Positions 44,110-54,134 are shown, numbered from the stretch's first letter. The stretch is DNA of 64,000 nucleotides from an uncultured Agathobaculum sp. (GCA_944384765.1 CALWUM010000006.1:17799-81798); one strand, 5' to 3'. Notes: generated by a model not told the origin, from the sequence alone. A program made the numbers and translations.

Positions 44110-44520
44110 TCAGCGATCCTCTTCCGGCACATCGCCGTCGTCGAGCGAGTGGTCGTCAAACTCGTCGATGCGGCGCGCTTCCTCATCCTCGTGGTCCTCG
44201 TCCGCATCCGGATCGGTCTCGCCGTCGTGGGTCTGGTCATCGTCGTCCGCGTCCAGGTCGATCGAGTCATCCACATCCACCATCGCCGCTGCAATCGCGT
44301 TGTTCTGCGCGATCACCGGCTCGGTGCGCGGACCCGGACGGTAAACGATCTCGCCGGCTGCGATCTCGTCGAGCGCGAGCTTGACCGCCTTATCCGGCAG
44401 TTCCTCGCCGGTCGCCTCGGCCTGGTCGGCAATGTCGCGGGCGCGCTGCGCGGCCAGATTGACCAGCAGATAGCGGTTGCCCACGCGTTTCATCAGTTCC
44501 TGCATGGAAGGTTTCAGCAT
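44110..44520 (-). CDS. rpoZ: RNA polymerase omega subunit with a ~70 aa acidic C-terminal extension
   Basis: MLKPSMQELMKRVGNRYLLVNLAAQRARDI omega core. The tail is rich in D and E (DVDDSIDLDADDDDQTHDGETDPDADEDHEDEE...). Confidence 0.85.
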   Translation of the reverse strand: MLKPSMQELMKRVGNRYLLVNLAAQRARDIADQAEATGEELPDKAVKLALDEIAAGEIVYRPGPRTEPVIAQNNAIAAAMVDVDDSIDLDADDDDQTHDGETDPDADEDHEDEEARRIDEFDDHSLDDGDVPEEDR

Positions 44521-44572
44521 TGTAATCAAATCTCCTTATATAACCCTTTGTATTATTCTGTTGAATGCTATT

Positions 44573-45133
44573 TTATGCGCGCCGGGCGGCGAGAATACCC
44601 TTGAGCTCCTCCACCGCGCGGTCGATCTCATCGTTTATCACCACATAGTCGAACTCATCCTGATGCTTGAGCTCCTCTTTGGCGGTTTCCAGGCGTTTCA
44701 TCACCTTTTCCTCGTCCTCCGTGCCGCGCCCACGCAGGCGGGCCGCAAGCTCCTCAAAGGACGGCGGCGCGATGAACACCATCACCGCGTCCGGGCGCTT
44801 TTTGTGCACCTGCATCGCGCCCTGCACTTCGATCTCAAGGATCACGTCATAGCCTTCGTCCAGCTTCTGATTGACCGGCGCCTCGAGCGTGCCGTAGTAG
44901 TTATCCACATAGCGCGCATGTTCGAGGAAGGCGTTCTGCGCAATGCGCTGCTCAAAGTCCTCGCGCGTGAGGAAGTAGTACTGCACGCCGTCGGTCTCCC
45001 CCGGCCGCGGCGCGCGCGTGGTGGCGGAAATCGAGTAATACAGCCGGTCGTCCTGCTCGCGCAGGCGGCCCAGCAGCGTGCCTTTGCCCGCGCCGGACGG
45101 GCCGGTGAAAACATACAGGGTTCCTTTACGCAT
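44573..45133 (-). CDS. gmk: Guanylate kinase
   Basis: [16 protein letters not shown]-loop and TTRAPRPGE motif. Confidence 0.93.
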   Translation of the reverse strand: MRKGTLYVFTGPSGAGKGTLLGRLREQDDRLYYSISATTRAPRPGETDGVQYYFLTREDFEQRIAQNAFLEHARYVDNYYGTLEAPVNQKLDEGYDVILEIEVQGAMQVHKKRPDAVMVFIAPPSFEELAARLRGRGTEDEEKVMKRLETAKEELKHQDEFDYVVINDEIDRAVEELKGILAARRA

Positions 45134-45389
45134 CCTCGCTCTCTCCTTCCTCTCCGTCGCCCGCAAAACGCGCGGCGACCGTTTCCGGCTGCAGGGCGCT
45201 GAGCACCACATGGTCGCTGTCCATGATGAGCACCGCCCGGGTGCGGCGGCCATACGTGCCGTCCACCACCATGCCGCGGTCGCGCGCCTCCTGAATGGTG
45301 CGCTTGACCGGCGCGGATTCCGGGCTGACGATCGCGATCAGACGCGACGACGCCACCATGTTGCCAAACCCGATATTGATCAGTTTCAC
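45126..45389 (-). CDS. remA: RemA/DUF370-family regulator
   Basis: [30 protein letters not shown]...[19 protein letters not shown]. Confidence 0.9.
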   Translation of the reverse strand: MKLINIGFGNMVASSRLIAIVSPESAPVKRTIQEARDRGMVVDGTYGRRTRAVLIMDSDHVVLSALQPETVAARFAGDGEEGESEDA

Positions 45390-45534
45390 CCTGCTGCCCC
45401 CTTACGTTCCGTCTCATTCGGAAGCGCGCTTCCGAACAAATTCGCCGTATTCCCAAGCCGGGCAAAGCCCGTCTTTGGCATGCCGCTCACAGCGCGGCTG
45501 ACTGCACCGCGCCCAAGGCGCGGCACTGTTTGCA

Positions 45535-46410
45535 TTATTCGATGTTCTGGATCTGTTCGCGGATCTTTTCGATCTCGCTCTTGATGTCGACCACGATGCG
45601 CGCCATATCCACGTCGTTTGCCTTAGAGCCGATGGTATTGGCCTCGCGGTTCATCTCCTGCACGAGGAAATCCAGCTTGCGGCCGACCGGCTGAGTTTCG
45701 CGCAGCATACCGTCCATCTGCTGCAGATGGCTGCGTAGGCGCACGGTCTCCTCATCGACCGCGGTCTTGTCCGCGTAGATCGCCGCCTCGGTCAGGATAC
45801 GGGTCTCGTCGATGCTGCTGTCCGCGAGCACCTCCTGCATACGGGCGAGCAGCTTTTCACGGTATTCGCGCACCCGCTCGGGCGAGCGCGTTTCAACCTC
45901 TCCCACCATGCGCTCGATCGACGCACAGCGGCCGCGCACATCCTCGGCGAGCTTATCACCTTCGCGCAGACGCATCTGGTCAAACCCGTCGCACGCGGCA
46001 GAAAACACCGCGAGCACGTCGCGCGTCAGCTCGTCCGCGTCCTGCTCGATGCGCTCCGAGCCGAGCACATCCGGCATCTTGGCGAGTACGGCCACAGTCA
46101 CATCGTCCCGCAGACCATAAGTTTCGCTCAGATCGTGCAGCGCGTCCAGATAACGCTTTGCCAGCGTGTGGTTGACCGTAACGGCAACGTCGCCGCCCTC
46201 CTGCGTCTCCACGCTGACGAATACCTCCACCTTACCGCGCGCGATGCGGGCGGCAGCGGCCTTTTTGACCGCGTCATCCAGAAAAACATACTGGCGCGGC
46301 GCCTTGACCGTGCAGTCCAGATAGCGGTGGTTGACCGCGCGCAGCTCGACCGTGATCGTACGGCCGTTTCTCTCCTCCCTGGCTCGGCCGTAGCCGGTCA
46401 TACTCTTCAT
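45535..46410 (-). CDS. YicC/YloC-family stress-induced protein
   Basis: MKSMTGYGRA N-terminus and C-terminal EMNREANTIGSKA motif. Confidence 0.88.
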   Translation of the reverse strand: MKSMTGYGRAREERNGRTITVELRAVNHRYLDCTVKAPRQYVFLDDAVKKAAAARIARGKVEVFVSVETQEGGDVAVTVNHTLAKRYLDALHDLSETYGLRDDVTVAVLAKMPDVLGSERIEQDADELTRDVLAVFSAACDGFDQMRLREGDKLAEDVRGRCASIERMVGEVETRSPERVREYREKLLARMQEVLADSSIDETRILTEAAIYADKTAVDEETVRLRSHLQQMDGMLRETQPVGRKLDFLVQEMNREANTIGSKANDVDMARIVVDIKSEIEKIREQIQNIE

Positions 46411-46429
46411 GTTGTTTCTTCCCCTCTGT

Positions 46430-46939
46430 TCAGTCGGGCGGCAGGCTTCTGCGCAGCAGTGCAATCAGCCGTGACAACGCCACGTCGTAGATAATAAAGA
46501 CCACGTTGGCCACGAACCAGAGCATCGCCAGCCTAGCAAAACCGGGCAGGACGATCTGCGGGAACAGGCCAAACGCCACCAGCGCGCCCGCCACAGCGAG
46601 CACGAGGTTGAAATAGACCAGCTTGACGCCGGTCTGCACATGGCGCGGTAGATAACACTCCACGCCGAATTTGACTATCGGATACAGGCCAGTGAGCAGC
46701 ACATAGGCTGCGGCCACGCTTTTGCGCGGCACAATCAGCAGGCCCAGAATGGACGCCGCCGCATACATCAGCAGCGCCATGCGCAGGCGCGCGCGCCGCA
46801 AAAGCGGCACAGCAGAAGTGACGCCCGCCACAATACACGCCGCCGGGCCGAAATACGGCGCGGCGCCGCCAATATACAAAAGCGCCACGGCGGCAGCGGC
46901 CAGCAGGCCGCCGCGCGCAATTTCCTTCGCGTTCATCAT
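46430..46939 (-). CDS. Hypothetical integral membrane protein
   Basis: Five hydrophobic segments. Tightly packed between the yicC-like and J-domain genes. No family recognised. Confidence 0.55.
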   Translation of the reverse strand: MMNAKEIARGGLLAAAAVALLYIGGAAPYFGPAACIVAGVTSAVPLLRRARLRMALLMYAAASILGLLIVPRKSVAAAYVLLTGLYPIVKFGVECYLPRHVQTGVKLVYFNLVLAVAGALVAFGLFPQIVLPGFARLAMLWFVANVVFIIYDVALSRLIALLRRSLPPD

Positions 46940-46940
46940 A

Positions 46941-47570
46941 TCAGCACCCGGCGTTACAGCAGGCGTTCATACAGCAGTTGCAGATCGCCAGCTGCACACA
47001 GAAGTCGCACATATTGGACTCCTGCATGGGGCGGTAGCCGCCATAGCCGCCCGACATATTCAAGTTGTTGAGCGCGGTGCGGTATTCCATGTTGGAAGGG
47101 TCCATCTGGCACGCCTGCGTATAGGCGCGCGCAGCCTCGTCATACCAGCCCTTGCGGTAGTACACCGTGCCCATCAGATAAAACCACTCAGCGTCCCGCC
47201 CGTTCGCGCGCTGGAGCATCTGCTCGGCCATGCCGAGGTTGCCCTGGTTGATCGCCTGGCGCACCTGGCTGTACAGCGCGGCGTTTGCGCCCGTATAGGT
47301 GCGCTGCTGGCCGCCGTACTGGCTGCGGCCGTATTGCTGGCCACCATATTGCTGGCCGCCGGAAGCGCCGCCCGCCGTCTTGCCTGCGCGCTCGTTCATG
47401 ATCATATCATAGGCTTCGTTGATCTCTTTCATGCGGGCTTCCGCGAGATCGGCAAGCGGGTTGTTGATATAGTTGTCAGGATGATACTTGCGCGCCAGTT
47501 CGCGGTAGGCACGCTTGACGTCGTCGTCGCTTGTCTGTGGCGTGACGCCCAGCACCTTATAGGGATCCAT
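46941..47570 (-). CDS. J-domain protein with a Gly/Gln-rich linker, TPR-like region and Cys-rich C-terminal tail
   Basis: DPYKVLGV...YRELARKYHPD J-domain with HPD. Tail CDFCVQLAICNCCMNACCNAGC. Confidence 0.8.
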   Translation of the reverse strand: MDPYKVLGVTPQTSDDDVKRAYRELARKYHPDNYINNPLADLAEARMKEINEAYDMIMNERAGKTAGGASGGQQYGGQQYGRSQYGGQQRTYTGANAALYSQVRQAINQGNLGMAEQMLQRANGRDAEWFYLMGTVYYRKGWYDEAARAYTQACQMDPSNMEYRTALNNLNMSGGYGGYRPMQESNMCDFCVQLAICNCCMNACCNAGC

Positions 47571-48441
47571 GTTTGCCCCGTCCTCCGTTCGTTTGATAGG
47601 TTCCGTCCAGCACCTGTCGTGTCGCCAGCGGCATACCCAGAAAAATAATATTGCGGATCAGGTCCGCGTCCCGCCGGGCATCCAGCAGGTCATAGGCCAT
47701 GCAGATGTCGGCGAGCGACCGCTCGAGCGTGCGCTCCAGCGGCTGTTTTATCTCTGTCAGGTCGGGCGTGCGCAATTCGTAGCGCAGCACGACCGGGTTG
47801 TAGCTCCCCTGCTCCATATCCTCTTTTACGTCCTGCGCCGCGTCAAGCAGATAGACCCAGCGGCCGATGTGGTAGAACATCTGCCGTAGCACGCGCTCGC
47901 GCGCGTCGCCCGTGTGGGGCACGACCGCCGCGGTCATGCGCGCCGAGGCGTCCGCCGCGCGGTCCATGGACGCGCACTGCTCGCGCTCCAGCTGCTGCAG
48001 GTCGGCAAGCGCCGCAACCATCTCCCCATCCGCATCCGGCAGGCGGGCGCGCGCCTTTTCATATCCACGTCGGCCCAGCCGGCACAGCAACGCGGCCAGC
48101 AGACGCTTTGGCCCTGTTTCATCCGCGCGGCTGTCCTCCAGCTTGTGGTAGGAGAGCAGCACGCTCACGTCCGCCGCAAGCTCGAGCGCCGCATCGCTCT
48201 GCGCGCAGGCACGGCGAGTCAGCGGATGCGCATCGCACCGCTTTTTGCACGGCGGCGCGGTTTCGGTTTGGTCACAGCCCGCGACAAGCGCGAAAAAGGT
48301 CATGTCGTAGCTGAGGAAAAAGGTGTAAAACCTGCCGTACCTCGCGCGGATGGCGTGGCACAGGCCGCAGTACACCTGCTGGAAGCGGTCCGCCTCCTTG
48401 ACCCGCAGCTCGGGCTTCACCGGACGGATAAAGCCAAACAT
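47557..48441 (-). CDS. Conserved hypothetical protein (possibly DUF5685), translationally coupled to the J-domain gene
   Basis: MFGFIRPVKPELRVKEADRFQQVYCGLCHAI... The 14 nt overlap with the downstream J-domain gene suggests coupling. The family name is from memory only. Confidence 0.6.
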   Translation of the reverse strand: MFGFIRPVKPELRVKEADRFQQVYCGLCHAIRARYGRFYTFFLSYDMTFFALVAGCDQTETAPPCKKRCDAHPLTRRACAQSDAALELAADVSVLLSYHKLEDSRADETGPKRLLAALLCRLGRRGYEKARARLPDADGEMVAALADLQQLEREQCASMDRAADASARMTAAVVPHTGDARERVLRQMFYHIGRWVYLLDAAQDVKEDMEQGSYNPVVLRYELRTPDLTEIKQPLERTLERSLADICMAYDLLDARRDADLIRNIIFLGMPLATRQVLDGTYQTNGGRGKHGSL

Positions 48442-48561
48442 CACATAACCCTTTCCCACCGCCCGTTCGAGGGCGGCCATATTGATTCAATCTATTCTAC
48501 CGAACTTTTGCGGATAACACAAGGGATACCCGCGGAAAATCGGTAAAAATTCACAAAAAAT

Positions 48562-48975
48562 TCAGAGTCTTTTAGTAATTTCATACGGCACTTGGCCCTG
48601 TGCCTTCATCCGGCGGCTGTACCAGATCGCGCCGAGGATGCCAATGATGAACAGCACCCCGCCGCCAATCGCCCCGGCCGCGCCGCCGGTAAACAGCGCC
48701 GCGCCCAGCGCATAGCCGACGAAAAACAGCACGATCGGCAGCACATACACAAGCACCGCCATGCCGAGCACCTTTCCGGTCTCGCCCTCGATCAGCACGC
48801 GCTCGCCCACACCGGCGTCCGCCTTGTTGCGCGCGGTGACGTACAGCGTCTGGGTCTCCAGCCCACCGCAGCCGCCGCACTTGGCGCAGTCATGCCCGCA
48901 CGCCGAGCGCCGCGTGACCTCGATCTCGGCCATGCCATCCGGCAGCAGCTTTTTTATCGTTCCCTGTTGGGTCAT
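48562..48975 (-). CDS. rseC: RseC/MucC-family (SoxR-reducing system) membrane protein
   Basis: GTIKKLLPDGMAEIEVTRRSACGHDCAKCGGCG followed by two TM helices. Confidence 0.75.
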   Translation of the reverse strand: MTQQGTIKKLLPDGMAEIEVTRRSACGHDCAKCGGCGGLETQTLYVTARNKADAGVGERVLIEGETGKVLGMAVLVYVLPIVLFFVGYALGAALFTGGAAGAIGGGVLFIIGILGAIWYSRRMKAQGQVPYEITKRL

Positions 48976-49020
48976 GGTTTTCTCACCCTTCCACAAAGCA
49001 AATCTTTCTGTTATTGCAAT

Positions 49021-50610
49021 TCATTCCAATACCGGCGCGTATTCCGCCATGATGCGGTGTGCCGCCCGGATGCCGTCCACGGCGGCGGACATGATGCCGC
49101 CCGCATAACCCGCGCCCTCGCCGCAGGGGATGAGCCCCGCGCAGCCCAGGGAGAACAGGTCGTCCCCGCGCGTCATGCGCACGGGGGAGGAAGTCCGGGT
49201 CTCCGGGCCGGTCAGCAGCGCGTCCGCGGCGTCATACCCGCGGATTTTGCGGCCGAAATACGGCAGGCTGTCCCGCAGCATGTCCTGCGCAAAGGCAGGC
49301 AGGCTGGCTGCGGCCTCGCCGTAGACCACGCCGATGGGATAGCTCGGCTGCACCGCGCCCGCTTTGCGGCTGGGCGTTCCGGCGAGGAAATCGCCCACGC
49401 GCTGGCAGGGTGCGCGGTACGAGCCGGTCTGCACGAAGGCCGCGCGCTCGATGCGCCGCTGCAGCGCCACGCCGCCGAACGGCGTGCCATCTGCAAAATC
49501 CGCCGGGTCGATCGACACTGCAAGCGCCGCGTTGGCGTTCCTGCCGTCGCGCGCGTGCAGGCTCATGCCGTTGGTGACGACCGTGTCCGCCTCGCTCTGC
49601 GCCGCGACAACCGTGCCGCCCGGGCACATGCAGAACGAATAGCACGCCCGGCCGTCCGCCCGGCGGGACAAGTTGTATTCCGCGGGCGGCAGCAGCGGAT
49701 GGCCCGCATATTTGCCATACAGTGCGCGGTCGATCTCGCTTTGCAGATGCTCGATGCGCACACCGACCGAAAACGCCTTGGGTTCAAAGTATACCCCGTT
49801 TTCATGCAAAGCGAAAAAGGTATCCCGCGCCGAGTGGCCGACCGCGATCACCGCGCGCTCGCAGGCGATCTCGTCCCCGCCCGCGCGCACCGCGCGCAGC
49901 GCGCCGCTTTGCAGGTTCACGCCGGTCAGCGCGGTGCGGAAGCGCACCACACCGCCGTGCGAAACGATGTCACGCCGCATGGCGCGCACCACGTTTTTCA
50001 AAATATCCGTGCCCACATGGGGCTTTGCTTTTTTGACAATATCCGTCGGCGCGCCGTGTGCGGCCAGCGTTTCCAGCACGGTATCGCACAGCGGGTCGCC
50101 GATGCGGGTGGTGAGCTTGCCGTCCGAATATGCGCCCGCGCCGCCCTCGCCGAACTGGATATTGCAGTCCGGATCGAGCGCGCCGCCGCCCCAGAAGGCG
50201 TCCACCGCACGGTCCCGCTCGTCCAGGTCGCCGCCGCGCTCGAGTACAAGCGGTGCATAGCCGTGCCGTGCGAGCGTATAGGCCGCAAACAGCCCCGCCG
50301 GTCCCAACCCGACCACCACCGGCCGGTGCGCCAGCCGCTTTGTCCCGCGCGGAACCGCGGGCTTTTCATCCGGTTTATAACGCACGAAGGGCATTTGCAG
50401 CCGTTCTGCAAATGCCTTTTCGTCGCCCGGTGCGTCCAACCGCACCGAATATACCCGCGTGATGCGGCCGCGCCGCGCGTCGATACTGACGCGACACACC
50501 GCCGCCTGTACGTCGTTACCGGTCAGGCCGGTCAGGCGCCGCGCCTCGGCCAGCGCCTGTGCCTCAGGCTCGTCAAACGGCAGACGGATGTTAGTGACCA
50601 TCAGGCTCAT
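49021..50610 (-). CDS. FAD-dependent oxidoreductase (COG2509-like)
   Basis: VVVGLGPAGLFAA dinucleotide-binding motif and C-terminal GEGAGYAGGI motif. Confidence 0.85.
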   Translation of the reverse strand: MSLMVTNIRLPFDEPEAQALAEARRLTGLTGNDVQAAVCRVSIDARRGRITRVYSVRLDAPGDEKAFAERLQMPFVRYKPDEKPAVPRGTKRLAHRPVVVGLGPAGLFAAYTLARHGYAPLVLERGGDLDERDRAVDAFWGGGALDPDCNIQFGEGGAGAYSDGKLTTRIGDPLCDTVLETLAAHGAPTDIVKKAKPHVGTDILKNVVRAMRRDIVSHGGVVRFRTALTGVNLQSGALRAVRAGGDEIACERAVIAVGHSARDTFFALHENGVYFEPKAFSVGVRIEHLQSEIDRALYGKYAGHPLLPPAEYNLSRRADGRACYSFCMCPGGTVVAAQSEADTVVTNGMSLHARDGRNANAALAVSIDPADFADGTPFGGVALQRRIERAAFVQTGSYRAPCQRVGDFLAGTPSRKAGAVQPSYPIGVVYGEAAASLPAFAQDMLRDSLPYFGRKIRGYDAADALLTGPETRTSSPVRMTRGDDLFSLGCAGLIPCGEGAGYAGGIMSAAVDGIRAAHRIMAEYAPVLE

Positions 50611-51950
50611 GTGCCGCTGTCCTCCTCGCCGGCAGGCGTCTCTGCCGGTGTATCCGTATCCCCGGCAGGCGGCGCGTCCGCCTCGCTCTGGGTGATCTCG
50701 ATTTCGACCTCGACGTCCTCCTGGACCAGCGTCACGCCTGCGGGCAAGCCGGTCGCCGCGATCACGCCGCGCACGGTGTGCGTGCCTACGCCGAGTGACA
50801 CCGAGTCAAAGGTCAGGCCGATGCTCAAATTGCCGACATCCACCTCACCCAGCGCGCTCTCGCTGCCGCGCAGCTCGATCTCGACTGAGTCGGTCAGAAT
50901 GCTGACCGTATACGGCGTTTCACTCTGTGCCGTGTCGGTGGGTACAAACGTCGTCACCTGCACCGAGCGCGTCGCAATGCTCTCCTCTTCCTTGACCGAA
51001 ATAGTCACCTGCGCGGTCGAGGGCTGGCCGTCGTCCAGCCGCACGCCGTCCGGCAGCGGGATCTCCATCTCTATCGCAACGCCCGTGCGTACGGTATCCA
51101 GATCGATCGTGCCCAGGCTGATCTCGGTGATGCCCGCCAGTGTGTTCTGGTCGCCGATCAGCGTGACGTTCGGCGGGCTGATGGAAACATCAACCTGTTC
51201 GCTTGTCAGCGTGTCGCCATCGGTCAGGTTGACGGTCAGCGGCACGCTCTCGATCGGGTAGATCGGCACGCGCACCGTGACGGTGTCGGTCTGGCTGGTG
51301 ACGTGCGTACCCGTGATGGACTCGCCCGCATCGTTATACAGCGTGATCGAGCACTCGCTGGTGAAGGTCGAATTTCTGCCGCTCACATCCACTGTGCCAT
51401 AAGCGTATTCCACTTCCTCCAGCTCGGAGGTCGGGCCCTGGACCGTGATCTCCTTGGTCGAAGTCGGCTCGGGCGTGCCGGCGCGGTAGCCGTCCGCCGG
51501 GGTGCCGGTTGCGTCCACACGCACCGGAACGCTGGCGGTGGCCACTTCGTCAACCAGTACGCGCACGCGGCTGGGCGTGGTGCCGCGGCCTTCGACGCCG
51601 TTCATGCTCACATTGATCTCGGGCGTGAGCGTGTATTCTCCCGCGCCGTCCGTAATCTGGGATACGTCCACGGTAACGGATACGCGGCTGGGCAGATAGG
51701 AGTTGGTAACGTCGTTATTCTGGCCATAGACGGTTACGTTGACCGTTTCCGTGTATTCAATGACCGAAAGTTTGGTGTTGCTGAGCAGCTCGTCCGCCCC
51801 GGTGATTGTGACCGGGATGTTACGCAGCGTATAGGTTTCATACGGGTTGTTGGCGTCTCGCGCGATGATCCACAGGATGAACGCCAGCAAAATGGCCAGC
51901 AGGCGCAGCCAGATATCGTGCTGCTTCATAAATTCCTTGAGCCGGTTCAT
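50607..51950 (-). CDS. cdaR: YbbR-domain protein (CdaR, regulator of diadenylate cyclase)
   Basis: N-terminal TM segment and repeated YbbR-like beta modules. 4 nt overlap with cdaA. Confidence 0.85.
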   Translation of the reverse strand: MNRLKEFMKQHDIWLRLLAILLAFILWIIARDANNPYETYTLRNIPVTITGADELLSNTKLSVIEYTETVNVTVYGQNNDVTNSYLPSRVSVTVDVSQITDGAGEYTLTPEINVSMNGVEGRGTTPSRVRVLVDEVATASVPVRVDATGTPADGYRAGTPEPTSTKEITVQGPTSELEEVEYAYGTVDVSGRNSTFTSECSITLYNDAGESITGTHVTSQTDTVTVRVPIYPIESVPLTVNLTDGDTLTSEQVDVSISPPNVTLIGDQNTLAGITEISLGTIDLDTVRTGVAIEMEIPLPDGVRLDDGQPSTAQVTISVKEEESIATRSVQVTTFVPTDTAQSETPYTVSILTDSVEIELRGSESALGEVDVGNLSIGLTFDSVSLGVGTHTVRGVIAATGLPAGVTLVQEDVEVEIEITQSEADAPPAGDTDTPAETPAGEEDSGT

Positions 51951-52843
51951 TTGCCTGCGCCCCCTTTCCAGATGTTTCGGAGCGCGGAGATACCCTTTTT
52001 ATCCGGCTTGTTTTCCGTAATCAGCTCGGCTTCGAGCACTTTGCGCAGCACCTCAGGCGACAGATGCCGCTTGAGCATGCCGCCGATGGCGACCGAGATC
52101 GCGCCGGTCTCCTCCGAGACGACGACGAGCACGCTGTCGGAGGACTCGCTCATGCCGACCGCCGCGCGATGGCGCGTGCCGAGGTCGCGCGACAGGTTCT
52201 GGCTGCCGGAAAGCGGCAGCACGCAGCCAGCGGCATAGATGCGGCCTTCGCGCATAATCAGCGCGCCGTCATGCAGCGGGCTGTTTTTGAAAAAGATGTT
52301 TTTGAGCAGTTCGGGCGAAGGCGCAGCGTCCACAATCGTGCCGGTGGAGATGATCTCGCCCAGGCGCTCCTTGCGCTCGAACACGATCAGCACGCCGGTT
52401 TTGGTCTTGGACATATCCGCACACGCGGCAACGGTCGCGTTGATCGCAGCCTCGGCGGCATCCGGATCGTTCGCCGTGACCAGCAGGCCGCTGATATTGC
52501 CCTTGCCCAGCTGCTCGAGCAGACGACGCAGCTCGGGCTGGAAGATGACGATCGCGGCCGTAACGCCGATGCTCAGCGAGTTGCGCAGGATGAACGAAAT
52601 CGTGTTCAGTCCTGCGTAGCTGGCGATCAGGAAGATGAGCAGCAGCCAGATGACGCCCTTGGCCAGGCGCGCCGCGCTCGTATCCTTGAGCAGCTTCATC
52701 AGGCGGTAGATGATGTAGGCGACAACCAGGATATCAATGATATCCATCGGGCCTGCGGTCCGCATTGCGTTGAAGCTGTTGATGATGGAATTTCGCATAT
52801 TGTCGAAATTGCCGGGGTTGAAAAAGTTCAGAAATGCATCCAT
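51947..52843 (-). CDS. cdaA: Diadenylate cyclase CdaA
   Basis: Three N-terminal TM helices. DisA_N motifs HDGALIM, GTRHRAA and SEETGAISV. Confidence 0.93.
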   Translation of the reverse strand: MDAFLNFFNPGNFDNMRNSIINSFNAMRTAGPMDIIDILVVAYIIYRLMKLLKDTSAARLAKGVIWLLLIFLIASYAGLNTISFILRNSLSIGVTAAIVIFQPELRRLLEQLGKGNISGLLVTANDPDAAEAAINATVAACADMSKTKTGVLIVFERKERLGEIISTGTIVDAAPSPELLKNIFFKNSPLHDGALIMREGRIYAAGCVLPLSGSQNLSRDLGTRHRAAVGMSESSDSVLVVVSEETGAISVAIGGMLKRHLSPEVLRKVLEAELITENKPDKKGISALRNIWKGGAGK

Positions 52844-53006
52844 ATATTCACCTGTCCTGTGTCGTTTGCCTTCCTTATTGATTGGGGAGACAGGGATTTT
52901 TCCGCAGTCAACACCGCATAATTCCGCTCGCGCGGGATTATGCGGTGTTGATATACATTATACTATCACAAATCCGCCCCGGTGTATAGCGGATTGCGGC
53001 ATCTAT

Positions 53007-54134
53007 TCACAGATTTTTTACGACCGCGCGCAGGATTTCCGCAGCGTGCGCAGTCTCTTCCGCAGTCGAAAAAGCAGAAAAGGAAAAGCGCACTGTACCG
53101 GTCTGTTCGGTGCCCGCGGTGCGGTGGGCGAGCGGCGCGCAATGCAGCCCGGCCCGCACGGCCACGCCCTGCCGCGCGAGCGCCTCGGCCACGGTCTCTG
53201 CCCGCACGCCGCGCACCCGCAGGGACAGCACGCCCGTGCCTGTAGGGTGGAAAAAGCACGCGATGCGCGGCTCTTCTGCCAGCGCGCGCACGAACAGACG
53301 CGCAAGCCTGCGCTCGTGCATCAGGATGGCCTCCTCCCCTGTTGCCTGCACAAACGCAATGCCCGCAGCCAGCCCCGCAATACCGGGCACATTGGGCGTA
53401 CCGCTCTCGAGCGCATCGGGCAGGAAGTCCGGCTGGCGCATATCCTCTGAGCGGCTGCCCGTGCCGCCCGCGAGCAGCGGATGCTGCGCCAGGCGGTCGT
53501 CGAGCGCGAGCAGCAGCCCCGTGCCCTGCGGGCCGTACAGCCCTTTGTGGCCGGGCATGCACACCGCGGCCAGACAGGGATGCCGCCGCACATCGATCGG
53601 GATCACGCCCGCGGACTGCGACGCGTCCAGAATGAGCGGCACGCCCGCCTCGTCCAGCAGGTCGGCGATTTCATCCACGGGCAAAGCAAAGCCGAATACG
53701 TTGGAGACATGGTTCAGGATAAACAGCTCTGCCCCGTCCGCGAGCGCCTGCTTTGCCCGTGCAAACATCGCCGCACCGTCCCAGAGCGGCGTATCCAGCA
53801 CAACCGGGTCGATGCCGCGAAGCGCAAGCGGCCGCATGACCGCATTGTGCTCGTATCCGCTGACCACCACGCGGGTATCCGCCTGCACGAGCGCATGGAT
53901 CGCGAGGTTGAGCGCGTGCGTGGCGTTCATTGTGAACACCACCCGCGCCGGGTCGCGCACGCCGAACAGCGCCGCGGCCTGCGCGCGGCAGGCATATACG
54001 GCTTCGCCCGCGCGCATCGCGGCCGCATGGCCGCCGCGCGCATACCCCGCTGCGGCGTGCATGGCGCGGCGCACAGCCTCGTGCACTGCGCGAGGCTTAT
54101 GCAGGGTGGTGGCCGCATTGTCCAGATAGATCAT
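53007..54134 (-). CDS. Class V aminotransferase / cysteine desulfurase family protein
   Basis: MIYLDNAATT start and PLP-Lys region (CMPGHKGLYGPQGTG). Confidence 0.85.
   Translation of the reverse strand: MIYLDNAATTLHKPRAVHEAVRRAMHAAAGYARGGHAAAMRAGEAVYACRAQAAALFGVRDPARVVFTMNATHALNLAIHALVQADTRVVVSGYEHNAVMRPLALRGIDPVVLDTPLWDGAAMFARAKQALADGAELFILNHVSNVFGFALPVDEIADLLDEAGVPLILDASQSAGVIPIDVRRHPCLAAVCMPGHKGLYGPQGTGLLLALDDRLAQHPLLAGGTGSRSEDMRQPDFLPDALESGTPNVPGIAGLAAGIAFVQATGEEAILMHERRLARLFVRALAEEPRIACFFHPTGTGVLSLRVRGVRAETVAEALARQGVAVRAGLHCAPLAHRTAGTEQTGTVRFSFSAFSTAEETAHAAEILRAVVKNL

Noticed and set aside
52908-52951. 15 bp-stem hairpin TCAACACCGCATAAT...ATTATGCGGTGTTGA between the cysteine desulfurase gene and cdaA.
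   Set aside because: It is most simply the terminator or 3' stabiliser of the desulfurase operon. It lacks a clear U-run on the minus strand, and I could not support a regulatory role for cdaA from sequence alone.
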